Shown here: in pieces, positions 39,301 through 48,900 of the stretch
How positions within the stretch are numbered: the first letter of the stretch is position 1
How the letters are laid out: every line of letters begins with the position of its first letter
Source of the DNA: an uncultured Pseudomonadales bacterium
GTDB lineage: Bacteria; Patescibacteriota; Microgenomatia; UBA1400; Chazhemtobacteraceae
Assembly (NCBI GenBank): GCA_964422035.1
Contig: CAYQZQ010000001.1
Coordinates: 515,025-579,024 of the forward strand
DNA length: 64,000 bases
Reading direction: 5' to 3'
Program-made: the position numbers and the translations under genes
Notes under the pieces: generated by a model
What the model saw: the letters and a program-made list of their open reading frames with translations, nothing else
What the model was told of the DNA's origin: nothing
The model's database searches: none

Positions 39301-42300
39301 TTAAACATTTAGTAACAAGTCAGGATTAATCTTTGCTCTTTCGGGGGTTGTGGGAATAAGTCGACCAATGATTACGTTTTCTTTTAAACCAAGAAGTGGG
39401 TCTATCTTGCCAGCAAGAGAGGTTTCAGTTAGTACTTTGGTAGTATTTTGGAATGAGGCGGCTGAAAGCCAAGACTCTGTGTATAAGGATGTTTGTATCA
39501 ATCCTAAAATCATTATAGAGGCAGTAGCCGGCTCTCCCCCTTCGGCCAGTACAGCTTCATTAGCAGCTTGGAAGCGGCCTTTGTTGACTATCTGGCCTGG
39601 TAATAAGTCGGTATCTCCGGGATCCTCAATCTTTACCTTATTGCTCATCTGGTTAACTACAACCTCAAAGTGCTTGTCATTGATTGCAATACCCTGATTT
39701 TCATAGACGTTCTGCACCTCTTTAATCAAATATTTTTGTGCTTCTGTAACGCCCTTTACTTTTAGGATTTGCTCTATGTCAATATGTCCTGTAGCAAGGG
39801 GTTGGCCGGCAGGCACAATTTGCTCATCTTCAACTTTTAGATCTGCAGTAAGAGGAATTGTGTAGTTGAACTGTTTATCTTTATCGCCCATAGTGGGAGT
39901 AATAGTAATCTTGTAGCCATTTTCGCTTTCTTTAACTTTGACTTTACCTGCAACTTCAGCAATGGGGGAAAGGTTTTTGGGTGTTCTTACTTCAAGTAAC
40001 TCTGTTACACGAGGAAGTCCTTGAGTAACATCGAGACCGACGACACCGGCTTTGTGTTTAGTACGCATAGTTAGCTGAGTGCCTGGCTCACCAATTGATT
40101 GAGCAGCTAAAATTCCAACAGGGTCACCGATTTCAGTTAATTGCCTGTCGGCAAAGTTCCAACCGTAGCAGTGGATACAAAGACCTATTTTGGAGTTACA
40201 ACTGAGAGGTGAGCGTACTTCAATTTCTTCTATGCCAGCTTCAACTAGCTGATCACGCATTTCTTCTGTTATAAGCTCATTTTTGCCAATGATTTGTTTT
40301 TTAGTTTCAGGGTGCATGACTCTCTTTAAAGTAAAGCGGCCCAAGATGCGATCGCCGAATTTTTCTTTTCGCTCTCCTTCAATTGCCACAGTAAGACCCT
40401 TGTCTGTCCCGCAATCTTCTTCTCGAATAATGGCATCGTGAGAGGCGTCTACGAGTCGGCGGGTCAGATAACCGGCATCAGCAGTTTTGAGAGCTGTGTC
40501 GATTAATCCTTTACGAGACCCACGAATTGAATTTACGTATTCAAAAATTGACAAACCTTCTCTAAAATTAGATTTGACTGGCAACTCTACAATATTGCCC
40601 AAAGGATCAACAACTAATCCTCTCATGGCTGACAACTGCTTAATGGTGTCACGAGTAATACGGCCCATTCCAGTATCAATGATCAATCTAATAGGGTTGC
40701 CAGGCCTGAAAGATTCCCAAGTTCTATCTGCTACTTGATCTGTAATATCCATCCAAACTTCATTAGACAAACGTCTTCGTTCTGAATTTGTGATAAGGCC
40801 TTGAGTGTAGTTTTGTTCAATTTGGGCGACTTTTTCATTTCCTTCTTGAATAATTTGATCTTTCTTTTCATAGATTTCATTGTCGGGAATGGCAAATGAA
40901 AGCCCTGATATCGTTCCAGCCCAGAAACTAAGTCGTTTAATATCATCAATTAATTCTACGACTCTCTGATTAGGGAGTTCTTTTATTGCTTTGTCAAAAA
41001 AATCTTTTATATCATCGTTGGTAATTGTCTGGTTAATGAATCCAAATTCGGAAGGTAAAACATCGTTAAATATAATTCTTCCCGGAGTTGTAACAATAAT
41101 TTCGTGGTTTAATCTCATCTTAACCGGGTGTCTTAGGTGAAGATGTTGAGTTCTGTAAGCAAGAAGGACTTCGTTTTGATTTGCATATATATGTTCTTCA
41201 TCTGGTTTTTGACCTTCTTTAATCATGGTCATATAATATGTTCCGATCGACATTTCTTTTTTAGCTGGAATAGAAATTGGCTTACCGGTAGCTGGTTTTA
41301 GTAAGTTCTGGGAAGGCATCATCTGGTTTTTAGCTTCTTCAATAGATTGTTTGGTGAGTGGTACGTGAACAGCCATTTGATCTCCATCAAAATCTGCGTT
41401 GAAACCATCACAAACTGCAGGGTGTAACCTGATTGCAGAACCTTCAATTAAAACAGGCTTGAAAGCTAAGATCGATAGTTTATGCAGGGTTGGAGCTCGA
41501 TTTAGTAAAACAGGATGATCTTTTGTAACGTCTTCGAGAATGTCGTAAACTTCCGGAACTTGTCTTTCAATTAAAGTCTTGGCGGACTTAACATTAGGAG
41601 CGAGTCCGTTAGCTATTAGCCGATGCATAACAAAAGGTTTAAACATCTCAAGAGCCATGTCTTTTGGAAGTCCACATTGATCAAGTTCGAGCTCTGGACC
41701 GACAACAATTACTGATCTTCCTGAATAATCAACTCGTTTTCCAAGCAAATTACGACGGAAACGACCTTGTTTTCCCTTAAGCATTTCTGATAATGACTTC
41801 AGTTTGCGACGACGAGACCTGCGTGAAGATCTTGACTGAGGTTTGTCAATTAATGCGTCAACAGACTCTTGAAGCATTCTTTTTTCATTTCGTAATATTA
41901 TTTCTGGAGCTCCAAGGTTTAGTAAATGTTTAAGACGATTATTGCGATTAATAACTCGACGATACAAGTCATTTAAGTCTGATGTAGCGAATCTGCCACC
42001 TGATAGTTGAACCATAGGTCTAAGTTCGGGTGGAATTACGGGAAGTGCTTTCAAAATCATCCACTCAGGTATAACATCAGACTTTAGGAAACCTACTACT
42101 ACTTTAAGTCTTTTTGTGGCTTTCTTACGCTTTGTTTTTGAGCCATCCTTAATTAGTTTTCTCAATTTACTAGCAAGATCGCGTAGATCAACTTTTTTAA
42201 CTGCTTCAAGAACTGCTTCTGCACCCATGCCAACTTTTAAGAAATCACTAGCTTCATAATCCACTAGTTTTAAGTACTCATCCTCTGCTAAGACTTTATT

Positions 42301-43023
42301 TATTTCAATGCTTTTAATCAAGGAAATTAGAGCCTCATATATTTCATCGGTAGCTTCGATTTCTGCTATCATTTTTTCTCGAGATGAGGCTACCTCTTTC
42401 TTAGTTTCTAACTTGGTTTCCTCGATCTTTACATGTCTTTGGTCTTTATTTTTGATTTCTTTACGAAGATTTTTTACCTTCTTTTTACCTTTTTCCTTAA
42501 TTTCTTCAATCTTTTCTTCACTTTTTTCTTTAATGCTCTCTTTTTTGTCTTTAGATATTTCTTCTAACTTTTTTAGTGCTATTTTTCTTTTATCTTCATC
42601 AACATCGATAACAAGATACCTTGAAAAATAAATTACTGATGCAAGTTTTTTAGGTGAAACATTTAATAAAAGTGATAATTTAGACGGTGATCCCCTAAAA
42701 TACCAAACATGAATAACGGGAGCAGCTAATTCAATGTGCCCCATTCTTTCTCTTCTTACTCTTTTTCTTGTAATTTCTACCCCACACTTATCGCAAACAA
42801 TCCCTTTATAACGAACTCCTTTATATTTTCCACAGTAACACTCCCAATCTTTTGTGGGACCAAATATCCTTTCACAAAAAAGTCCATCTTTTTCTGGACG
42901 CAATGTTCTGTAGTTTATAGTTTCAGGTTCGGTTACTTCACCATGCGACCAGCTCCTCATTTCTTCAGAAGAAGCGAGTTTAAGTTGTAAGCCTTGGAAA
43001 TCAGATAAGTTTCTTAGGTTCAT
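39301..43023 (-). CDS. rpoC: DNA-directed RNA polymerase subunit beta prime
   Basis: 1240 aa; zinc-binding CYCGKYKGVRYKGIVCDKCGVEI, NADFDGDQMAVH catalytic motif. Confidence 0.95.
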   Translation of the reverse strand: MNLRNLSDFQGLQLKLASSEEMRSWSHGEVTEPETINYRTLRPEKDGLFCERIFGPTKDWECYCGKYKGVRYKGIVCDKCGVEITRKRVRRERMGHIELAAPVIHVWYFRGSPSKLSLLLNVSPKKLASVIYFSRYLVIDVDEDKRKIALKKLEEISKDKKESIKEKSEEKIEEIKEKGKKKVKNLRKEIKNKDQRHVKIEETKLETKKEVASSREKMIAEIEATDEIYEALISLIKSIEINKVLAEDEYLKLVDYEASDFLKVGMGAEAVLEAVKKVDLRDLASKLRKLIKDGSKTKRKKATKRLKVVVGFLKSDVIPEWMILKALPVIPPELRPMVQLSGGRFATSDLNDLYRRVINRNNRLKHLLNLGAPEIILRNEKRMLQESVDALIDKPQSRSSRRSRRRKLKSLSEMLKGKQGRFRRNLLGKRVDYSGRSVIVVGPELELDQCGLPKDMALEMFKPFVMHRLIANGLAPNVKSAKTLIERQVPEVYDILEDVTKDHPVLLNRAPTLHKLSILAFKPVLIEGSAIRLHPAVCDGFNADFDGDQMAVHVPLTKQSIEEAKNQMMPSQNLLKPATGKPISIPAKKEMSIGTYYMTMIKEGQKPDEEHIYANQNEVLLAYRTQHLHLRHPVKMRLNHEIIVTTPGRIIFNDVLPSEFGFINQTITNDDIKDFFDKAIKELPNQRVVELIDDIKRLSFWAGTISGLSFAIPDNEIYEKKDQIIQEGNEKVAQIEQNYTQGLITNSERRRLSNEVWMDITDQVADRTWESFRPGNPIRLIIDTGMGRITRDTIKQLSAMRGLVVDPLGNIVELPVKSNFREGLSIFEYVNSIRGSRKGLIDTALKTADAGYLTRRLVDASHDAIIREEDCGTDKGLTVAIEGERKEKFGDRILGRFTLKRVMHPETKKQIIGKNELITEEMRDQLVEAGIEEIEVRSPLSCNSKIGLCIHCYGWNFADRQLTEIGDPVGILAAQSIGEPGTQLTMRTKHKAGVVGLDVTQGLPRVTELLEVRTPKNLSPIAEVAGKVKVKESENGYKITITPTMGDKDKQFNYTIPLTADLKVEDEQIVPAGQPLATGHIDIEQILKVKGVTEAQKYLIKEVQNVYENQGIAINDKHFEVVVNQMSNKVKIEDPGDTDLLPGQIVNKGRFQAANEAVLAEGGEPATASIMILGLIQTSLYTESWLSAASFQNTTKVLTETSLAGKIDPLLGLKENVIIGRLIPTTPERAKINPDLLLNV

Positions 43024-43038
43024 TATTTGGATTAAGTA

Positions 43039-46000
43039 TTAATTATTGTTTTCATCATCTTTGCTTTTCTCAAGATCTTGATCTTTATCCTCATCTTCTT
43101 CAATAACATTCAATGAAGCGTGGCTTGGGGCTTTTTCTTCTTCAGATTTTTCTTCTGATTCATTCTTTTCATCATCAGATATTAAAACGGCGGGGTCTAC
43201 TTTTAACCCTAAACTGTTGAGTTCTTTTATTAGAACACGGAATGATTCAGGAACTGTTGCTTCCGGAATTTCTTCTCCTTTAACAATTGATTCGAAAGCT
43301 CTAGACCTACCTATTACATCATCTGATTTGATAGTTAGCATCTCTTGTAGAGTATGAGCAGCTTTGTGTCCTTCTAGTGCCCAGACTTCCATCTCACCCA
43401 ACCTTTGTCCACCCATTTGAGCTTTTCCGCCAAGTGGTTGTTGAGTCACTAATGAATATGGCCCCGTTGATCTAGCGTGGGTCTTGTCTTCCACCATATG
43501 TATCAATTTAAGAATGTATGTAATTCCTACAGCAGTTTCTTCTTCAAAAGGTTCCCCCGTGCGCCCGTCAATTAAACGAACCTTTCCAGAAGCTGGCAAA
43601 TTTGCTTTTTCCATCTCCTCGACAATTTTTTCCTCAGTTATTTTTTCGAATACTGGAGCCGCAACTTTATAGTTCAACTTTTCGGCTGTCCAACCCAATT
43701 GAGCTTCTAATAGCTGTCCCAGATTCATTCTAGCTAGGACTGATAAAAATGAAATAATTACATCCACAGATCTTCCGTTTGAAAGTCTTGGCATGTCTGC
43801 CTCAGGAACAACCTTGGAAATAACGCCTTTATTCCCGTGTCTTCCTGCTAATTTATCTCCGACTTTAATCTTTCTTAATTGTGCTACTTTTACATTAATT
43901 TGCTTTATAACTCCTGGATCAAGTTCATCTCCTTCCTCTCTTTCTAAAACTTGCACCTCGATGACAGTTCCCCTCTCACCATGGGGTACTCTCAATGAAG
44001 TATCTCTTACCTCCCTAGCTTTTTCTCCAAAGATTGCTCTGAGCAATCTTTCTTCTGCTGAAAGCTCAGTTTCTCCTTTAGGGGCTATTTTTCCTACGAG
44101 AATATCATTTGGTCCTACCTGAGAACCAATTGCGACAACACCTTCTTCAGTTAGATTTCTAAGGTCTGACTCTGAAACATTTGGAATATCTCGTGTTAAT
44201 TCTTCTGGCCCAAGTTTTGTGTCCATAACCTGAGCTTCATATTCATTGATGTGTATTGAAGAAAGCAGGTCTTCTTTTACAAGTCTATCTGATACGATTA
44301 TCGCGTCTTCGTAGCCTAATCCTTCAAAATTAGTATATGCAATGAGAAGATTTTGACCTAATGCCAACTCACCTTCTTCAGTTGCTGGTCCATCAATAAT
44401 TATTTCTCTTTTTTTGATTTCGTCACCCACCTTAACAAGTGGTTTCTGTGAAAAGCTAGTAGATTGAGAGCTTCTATAAAAACTCTTGAGATGATAGGTT
44501 TCATTTTTACCTTTTACCGTAATTCCTCTATGTGGACTTTGTTTTGCCACTTTTTTTAATTCTTCTTGATGCTCATCTTTAACTTGAACTGTAATTTTGT
44601 CAGAATCAGATTCTACAACTTTACCGTCAAATCTTGCTCTCACAACCCAATCCATTGATTGTGCGATTTCAGTTTCAATTCCTGTTCCAACCAGAGGTGC
44701 TTCTGGTTTAATTAAAGGTACTGCCTGGCATTGCATGTGACTTCCCATAAGCGCTCTGGTTCCATCATCGTGTTGTAAAAAAGGTATTAACGAAGCAGAA
44801 GTACCCACTACTTGTCTTGGTACTAAATCGATTAGTTGAATTTTTGTCGCATCTACTTCCATAAAACGACCTTTGTATCTTGCTGGCACCCAATCTTGAT
44901 CAATAAAGCCATCTTTTCTAGAGATGTCAGCATGTGTAATATAAAAATCTTCTTCATCATCGGCTGTCAAATATACTATTTCATCAGTAATTCTCATCTT
45001 AGTTTCTCCATCTTTTTCGATCTCTTCCACTTTGTAGTATGGCGCCTCAATAAATCCATATTCGTTGATGCGAGCATATAAAGCTAAGTAAGTCACCAAT
45101 CCAATGTTTGGTCCCTCTGGAGACCTAATTGGACAAATTCTTGAATACTGAGAAGCATGTATGTCTCGCATTGAAAAAGAAGCTCTTTCTCTCGAAACTC
45201 CTCCCGTACCCATGACAGTAACTCTGCGAGCATTATCTATCTCGGACAAAGGATTAACTTGGTCCAAAATTGAACTTAAACGATTTCTTCTAAAGAATTC
45301 TGAGACTGTTGCAATAACTGGCCTTGGGTTTACCAAACGTCCAGGAGTTAGTGGCCGATCCTTTTTGGCAAGGCTCATTTTTTCACGAATAGATCTTTCC
45401 AGCCTCAATAAACCAATCCTAAATGGACCTTGTTGTACAAGCTCTCCAACTCTTCTGATGCGTCGGTTTCCCAGGTGATCAATGTCATCCGTTTTTCCTT
45501 CGCCATTTTGCAATTTTATTAGGTACCTTAAGGATGCAATTAAGTCTTCTTTTCTTAATACTGTATTGTCTCGCTCAACAGAACTCTTGATGTTTAATTT
45601 TTTATTTGTTTTATATCTACCCACTAAACCTAAGTCATATCTTCTTGGATCGAAGAATGTTTGATACATAAGCTCTTTTGCATTCTCTAAAACTGCTGGT
45701 TCCCCAGGCCTGATCTTTTGATAGAATTCTAACAAAGCTTCTTTTTGATTATTCGTGGAATCCTTTAATAAAGAAGCCTCAATATATTGATGCTCCTCAT
45801 CTTTATCGACATCTTTAAAAAGTTTTCTAATGTCGTCATCGGTTTCATATCCCATTGCTCGCAATAAAGTAGCTACTGAGAATTTTCGATTTCTATCTAT
45901 TCTGACACTAATATAGTCACGTCTGTTTACAGTTATTTCTAACCAGGACCCTCGAAGTGGTCTGATTTCCGCTATGTGAAGATCTCTACCAGATTTAGCA

Positions 46001-46443
46001 TCTAGTTCCCCTGTAAAAAATACGCCTGGAGACCGAACAAGTTGATGTATTATAACTCTTTCTACTCCATTAATAATGAAGGTTCCCCTTGAAGTCATCT
46101 GGGGAATATCTCCTAAGAAAACTTCTTGGGTTTTTGTTTGTGATGTCTCAACGTCTGTTAAAGTTGTTTCTACGTATAATGGCGCATCGTAAGTTAAATT
46201 TTTCTTTAAACATTCCTCAGGAGTATATTCAAGTTCACCAAAATAGTGATTACCAAAGCTAAGAGTATATTGCTCTTCTGTAAAATCTTTAATTGTTCCC
46301 ACCTCAATCAAAGATTGTTTTATGCCCTCATTAAGAAAATAATCATATGATTTTTTCTGAGTTTGAGCCAAATTTAATGTCGGCAAATTGTGGTCTGTTC
46401 TTCCCCAATTAACTCTTTTTTTGTCTTTTTTATCAGTCTTCAT
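43039..46443 (-). CDS. rpoB: DNA-directed RNA polymerase subunit beta
   Basis: 1134 aa; conserved beta regions. No rplKAJL upstream. Confidence 0.95.
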   Translation of the reverse strand: MKTDKKDKKRVNWGRTDHNLPTLNLAQTQKKSYDYFLNEGIKQSLIEVGTIKDFTEEQYTLSFGNHYFGELEYTPEECLKKNLTYDAPLYVETTLTDVETSQTKTQEVFLGDIPQMTSRGTFIINGVERVIIHQLVRSPGVFFTGELDAKSGRDLHIAEIRPLRGSWLEITVNRRDYISVRIDRNRKFSVATLLRAMGYETDDDIRKLFKDVDKDEEHQYIEASLLKDSTNNQKEALLEFYQKIRPGEPAVLENAKELMYQTFFDPRRYDLGLVGRYKTNKKLNIKSSVERDNTVLRKEDLIASLRYLIKLQNGEGKTDDIDHLGNRRIRRVGELVQQGPFRIGLLRLERSIREKMSLAKKDRPLTPGRLVNPRPVIATVSEFFRRNRLSSILDQVNPLSEIDNARRVTVMGTGGVSRERASFSMRDIHASQYSRICPIRSPEGPNIGLVTYLALYARINEYGFIEAPYYKVEEIEKDGETKMRITDEIVYLTADDEEDFYITHADISRKDGFIDQDWVPARYKGRFMEVDATKIQLIDLVPRQVVGTSASLIPFLQHDDGTRALMGSHMQCQAVPLIKPEAPLVGTGIETEIAQSMDWVVRARFDGKVVESDSDKITVQVKDEHQEELKKVAKQSPHRGITVKGKNETYHLKSFYRSSQSTSFSQKPLVKVGDEIKKREIIIDGPATEEGELALGQNLLIAYTNFEGLGYEDAIIVSDRLVKEDLLSSIHINEYEAQVMDTKLGPEELTRDIPNVSESDLRNLTEEGVVAIGSQVGPNDILVGKIAPKGETELSAEERLLRAIFGEKAREVRDTSLRVPHGERGTVIEVQVLEREEGDELDPGVIKQINVKVAQLRKIKVGDKLAGRHGNKGVISKVVPEADMPRLSNGRSVDVIISFLSVLARMNLGQLLEAQLGWTAEKLNYKVAAPVFEKITEEKIVEEMEKANLPASGKVRLIDGRTGEPFEEETAVGITYILKLIHMVEDKTHARSTGPYSLVTQQPLGGKAQMGGQRLGEMEVWALEGHKAAHTLQEMLTIKSDDVIGRSRAFESIVKGEEIPEATVPESFRVLIKELNSLGLKVDPAVLISDDEKNESEEKSEEEKAPSHASLNVIEEDEDKDQDLEKSKDDENNN

Positions 46444-46567
46444 TAAAAAATAGAAATAACTAAAATTCAGGCAGGTGAATTAAACGCAAAAAATAACACT
46501 CCCCAAAAGGAGGCTTTTTACAATGTGGTCAAGTTTAACAATGCTATTGCAGTATGTCAAGAGCTTG

Positions 46568-47572
46568 TTATCTAAGATAAAATTGAACGTTCTCATTGTG
46601 CTCTTGGATAGTTTTAGCATAATGTATTTGACCATTTGTGTCATGTAAATAAAACCAGTAAGGCGTTTGAGTTGGATTGTAAGCTGCTTTTATGCTCGAA
46701 ATTGAAGGATTGGCTATTGGACTTGGCGGCAGTCCTGGCTGATTATATGTATTGTATGGTGAGTCGATATTAATATCTTCCCGAGTAATATTATTTGGCC
46801 ACCAATTACAAGTCAAAACCTTACACTCACGATTAGCAATAATATATTGTACCGAAGCGTCAACCTGAAGAGGCCAGTCGTTTTGAAGTCTTTTATAGAG
46901 TATTCCTCCAACAACTGAGCGTTCTTTGTCATTTGCAGCTTCACGCTCTATTAAAGATGCCAGTACTAGAGACTCTCGGTCGGAGAGAGTAGTATTATTA
47001 GACAGTTTTGAAGTACGATTCTGATAGTTTTCCAATAGTTGAGCAAGAATTTCTTCACTCGATGCATCGAGTGGAATAGCATATGTGTCCGGATATAGTC
47101 TACCTTCATACTCTGTGCTGATACTTAAAAATTCGTTAGGGTCGAAGTTGTATTCAGGATTATTTTCACTCAACTCATTAATGATTTCTTGCGTGTATTG
47201 TTCTCTTCTCCAACCTTCAAGTAAAGTTATCCACCTATCAGAAGTGCCCTTGGTCAGCCTTATAATGATTTCTTTAAGAGGAAGTTTTGGTGAAAGCCTA
47301 TATTGGCCTGCTTGAAGTGATCTGCTCAAGCCTGACAAGGCAACTTGAATTTTAAATGCGGGAACTGACCTTATTAATTTCTTCTCTTTTAACTTCTTCG
47401 CTATTTGATCTAAAGACTCCCCTTTCTGAATGCTTAAAGTTACCATTTGATTACCATTGCGAACAACAGGTCTTGATTGAATTTTAAACCAAATTATTCC
47501 TGAAAGGAAAGATAGAAAAGCAATAATGATAAGCGATGAGATGCCCTTGGTTATATAGCTATAATTCGACAT
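46568..47572 (-). CDS. mltG: Endolytic murein transglycosylase MltG (YceG-like), start reassigned to MSNYSYI
   Basis: N-terminal TM, then the YceG family pattern (LIRS...GQYRLSPKLPLKEII...GWRREQ..). Confidence 0.7.
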   Translation of the reverse strand: MSNYSYITKGISSLIIIAFLSFLSGIIWFKIQSRPVVRNGNQMVTLSIQKGESLDQIAKKLKEKKLIRSVPAFKIQVALSGLSRSLQAGQYRLSPKLPLKEIIIRLTKGTSDRWITLLEGWRREQYTQEIINELSENNPEYNFDPNEFLSISTEYEGRLYPDTYAIPLDASSEEILAQLLENYQNRTSKLSNNTTLSDRESLVLASLIEREAANDKERSVVGGILYKRLQNDWPLQVDASVQYIIANRECKVLTCNWWPNNITREDINIDSPYNTYNQPGLPPSPIANPSISSIKAAYNPTQTPYWFYLHDTNGQIHYAKTIQEHNENVQFYLR

Positions 47573-47573
47573 T

Positions 47574-47777
47574 TCAAACTTCTTCAAAAAGCGCCCTTCT
47601 GTAAGTTTTTTCTTTTGTGTTGTACATAAATATCCTTCCACATTTACATGTTACTTTTTCGTGATTTTTTACTTTAGATTTTTTCTTTTGGCCTTGTTTA
47701 AGTGGAGTACCACAACCAACACACTTGCCTTTTGATAATAGCCACGCCTGTATGGGAGCTATAATATTTTTAAACAT
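47574..47777 (-). CDS. Small zinc-ribbon protein (CxxC...CxC)
   Basis: 67 aa, CVGCGTPL ... CKCGRIF. Sits in the ruvX-mltG spacer. Confidence 0.35.
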   Translation of the reverse strand: MFKNIIAPIQAWLLSKGKCVGCGTPLKQGQKKKSKVKNHEKVTCKCGRIFMYNTKEKTYRRALFEEV

Positions 47778-47781
47778 AATT

Positions 47782-48174
47782 TTATTGTATCAGATCGTCA
47801 ATGAAGTTTTGTAAAATAACTGCTGCTGAAATTTGATGGATTTTTTTTGAATTTTTCTTTGAATTTATAATTTCATCTTTTGCTCTAGCACTGGTTTTGT
47901 CTTCATTTACATATATAACTGGCGTTTCCATGTCTTTTTGAATTGCTTTACCTAGTTGTTTTGAATACTTATGAACATCTCCCCTTTTAGGGAGACCTAT
48001 TATAATTTTTTCAGGATTGTATTTATTGATTATTTGTATAATTTTTTCAAGTTGTTGACTAAAACCTAATCCTTGTATGGTAGTTAATCCTTCTGAAAAT
48101 TTTCCATAATGTGATACTGCTATCCCCGCATGCTTGAGCCCAGGATCGATACACAGAAATTTTATTTTTGTCAT
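47782..48174 (-). CDS. ruvX: Holliday-junction resolvase-like RNase YqgF/RuvX
   Basis: FLCIDPGLKHAGIAVS... RNase H-like fold signature; conserved position next to mltG. Confidence 0.75.
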   Translation of the reverse strand: MTKIKFLCIDPGLKHAGIAVSHYGKFSEGLTTIQGLGFSQQLEKIIQIINKYNPEKIIIGLPKRGDVHKYSKQLGKAIQKDMETPVIYVNEDKTSARAKDEIINSKKNSKKIHQISAAVILQNFIDDLIQ

Positions 48175-48899
48175 TTTGAAACTAATTTTGCTGTTACAAC
48201 TAAGCGCCTGGTTTTAAGTCCTGGAGGCACACAAGTGATTAGTTTAAGATTTTTAGAGTCATATTTTTGTCTTAGTACCCATAGATCATCGGGGAAAACT
48301 TCTTGTTTCTCAATGACTTGGTATGTATAAACAACATTGTCGTAGTTTAAAAATATCTCATCACCATTTTCCAATTTTGGCAAAAGAGAGAAAATTGCCA
48401 GATAGTTATTTGGGTCATAAAACTGTGGAAGTATTGAGTGACCAAAAATAACAGGACTGCCCAGTTCTCCTGGTAATGCAGTATCAGGGTAATGAACTAA
48501 TCCCTCATTAAGATTCTCTCCTCCAATGATTACTCTTGCTTGATCGATTTTTAATTTGGGAATTGCAAGTTGGTATTTACTAGAGTCTAAATTGCTTGAG
48601 CTTTTACTTCTGTCTTGAGGGAACCAATTTTGAGGCCTAGTATAGTCATATTCTCCAACAACCTTGGGCTTTGGAGATTGTTGAGAAGTGCCTACTACAG
48701 GAGAGATCAGTCCAGATTGTTTGTTGTTTAACTGAAAAGAATTAATTTGTAACTCGTAAGACACGATCGGCCATATAACAAAAGCTATTAATAACAGGCC
48801 GACGACTGAAATCAGTGTAGGCAAAACCTGTATGTGAAAAGGTTTTAAAGAATTTTTAAAAGTATCAAGGCTGGCCTTGTGGTATACATAGAGTGGCAT
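48171..48899 (-). CDS. Sortase family transpeptidase
   Basis: N-terminal TM; GELGSPVIFGHS (His), LITCVPP (TLxTC Cys), RRLVVTAKLV (Arg). Confidence 0.7.
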   Translation of the reverse strand: MPLYVYHKASLDTFKNSLKPFHIQVLPTLISVVGLLLIAFVIWPIVSYELQINSFQLNNKQSGLISPVVGTSQQSPKPKVVGEYDYTRPQNWFPQDRSKSSSNLDSSKYQLAIPKLKIDQARVIIGGENLNEGLVHYPDTALPGELGSPVIFGHSILPQFYDPNNYLAIFSLLPKLENGDEIFLNYDNVVYTYQVIEKQEVFPDDLWVLRQKYDSKNLKLITCVPPGLKTRRLVVTAKLVSK

Positions 48900-48900
48900 C

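Noticed and set aside
46444-46567. Possible promoter or attenuator in the mltG-rpoB spacer
   Set aside because: A TTGACA-like hexamer is present on the minus strand, but no convincing -10 at proper spacing or stable hairpin could be confirmed by eye.
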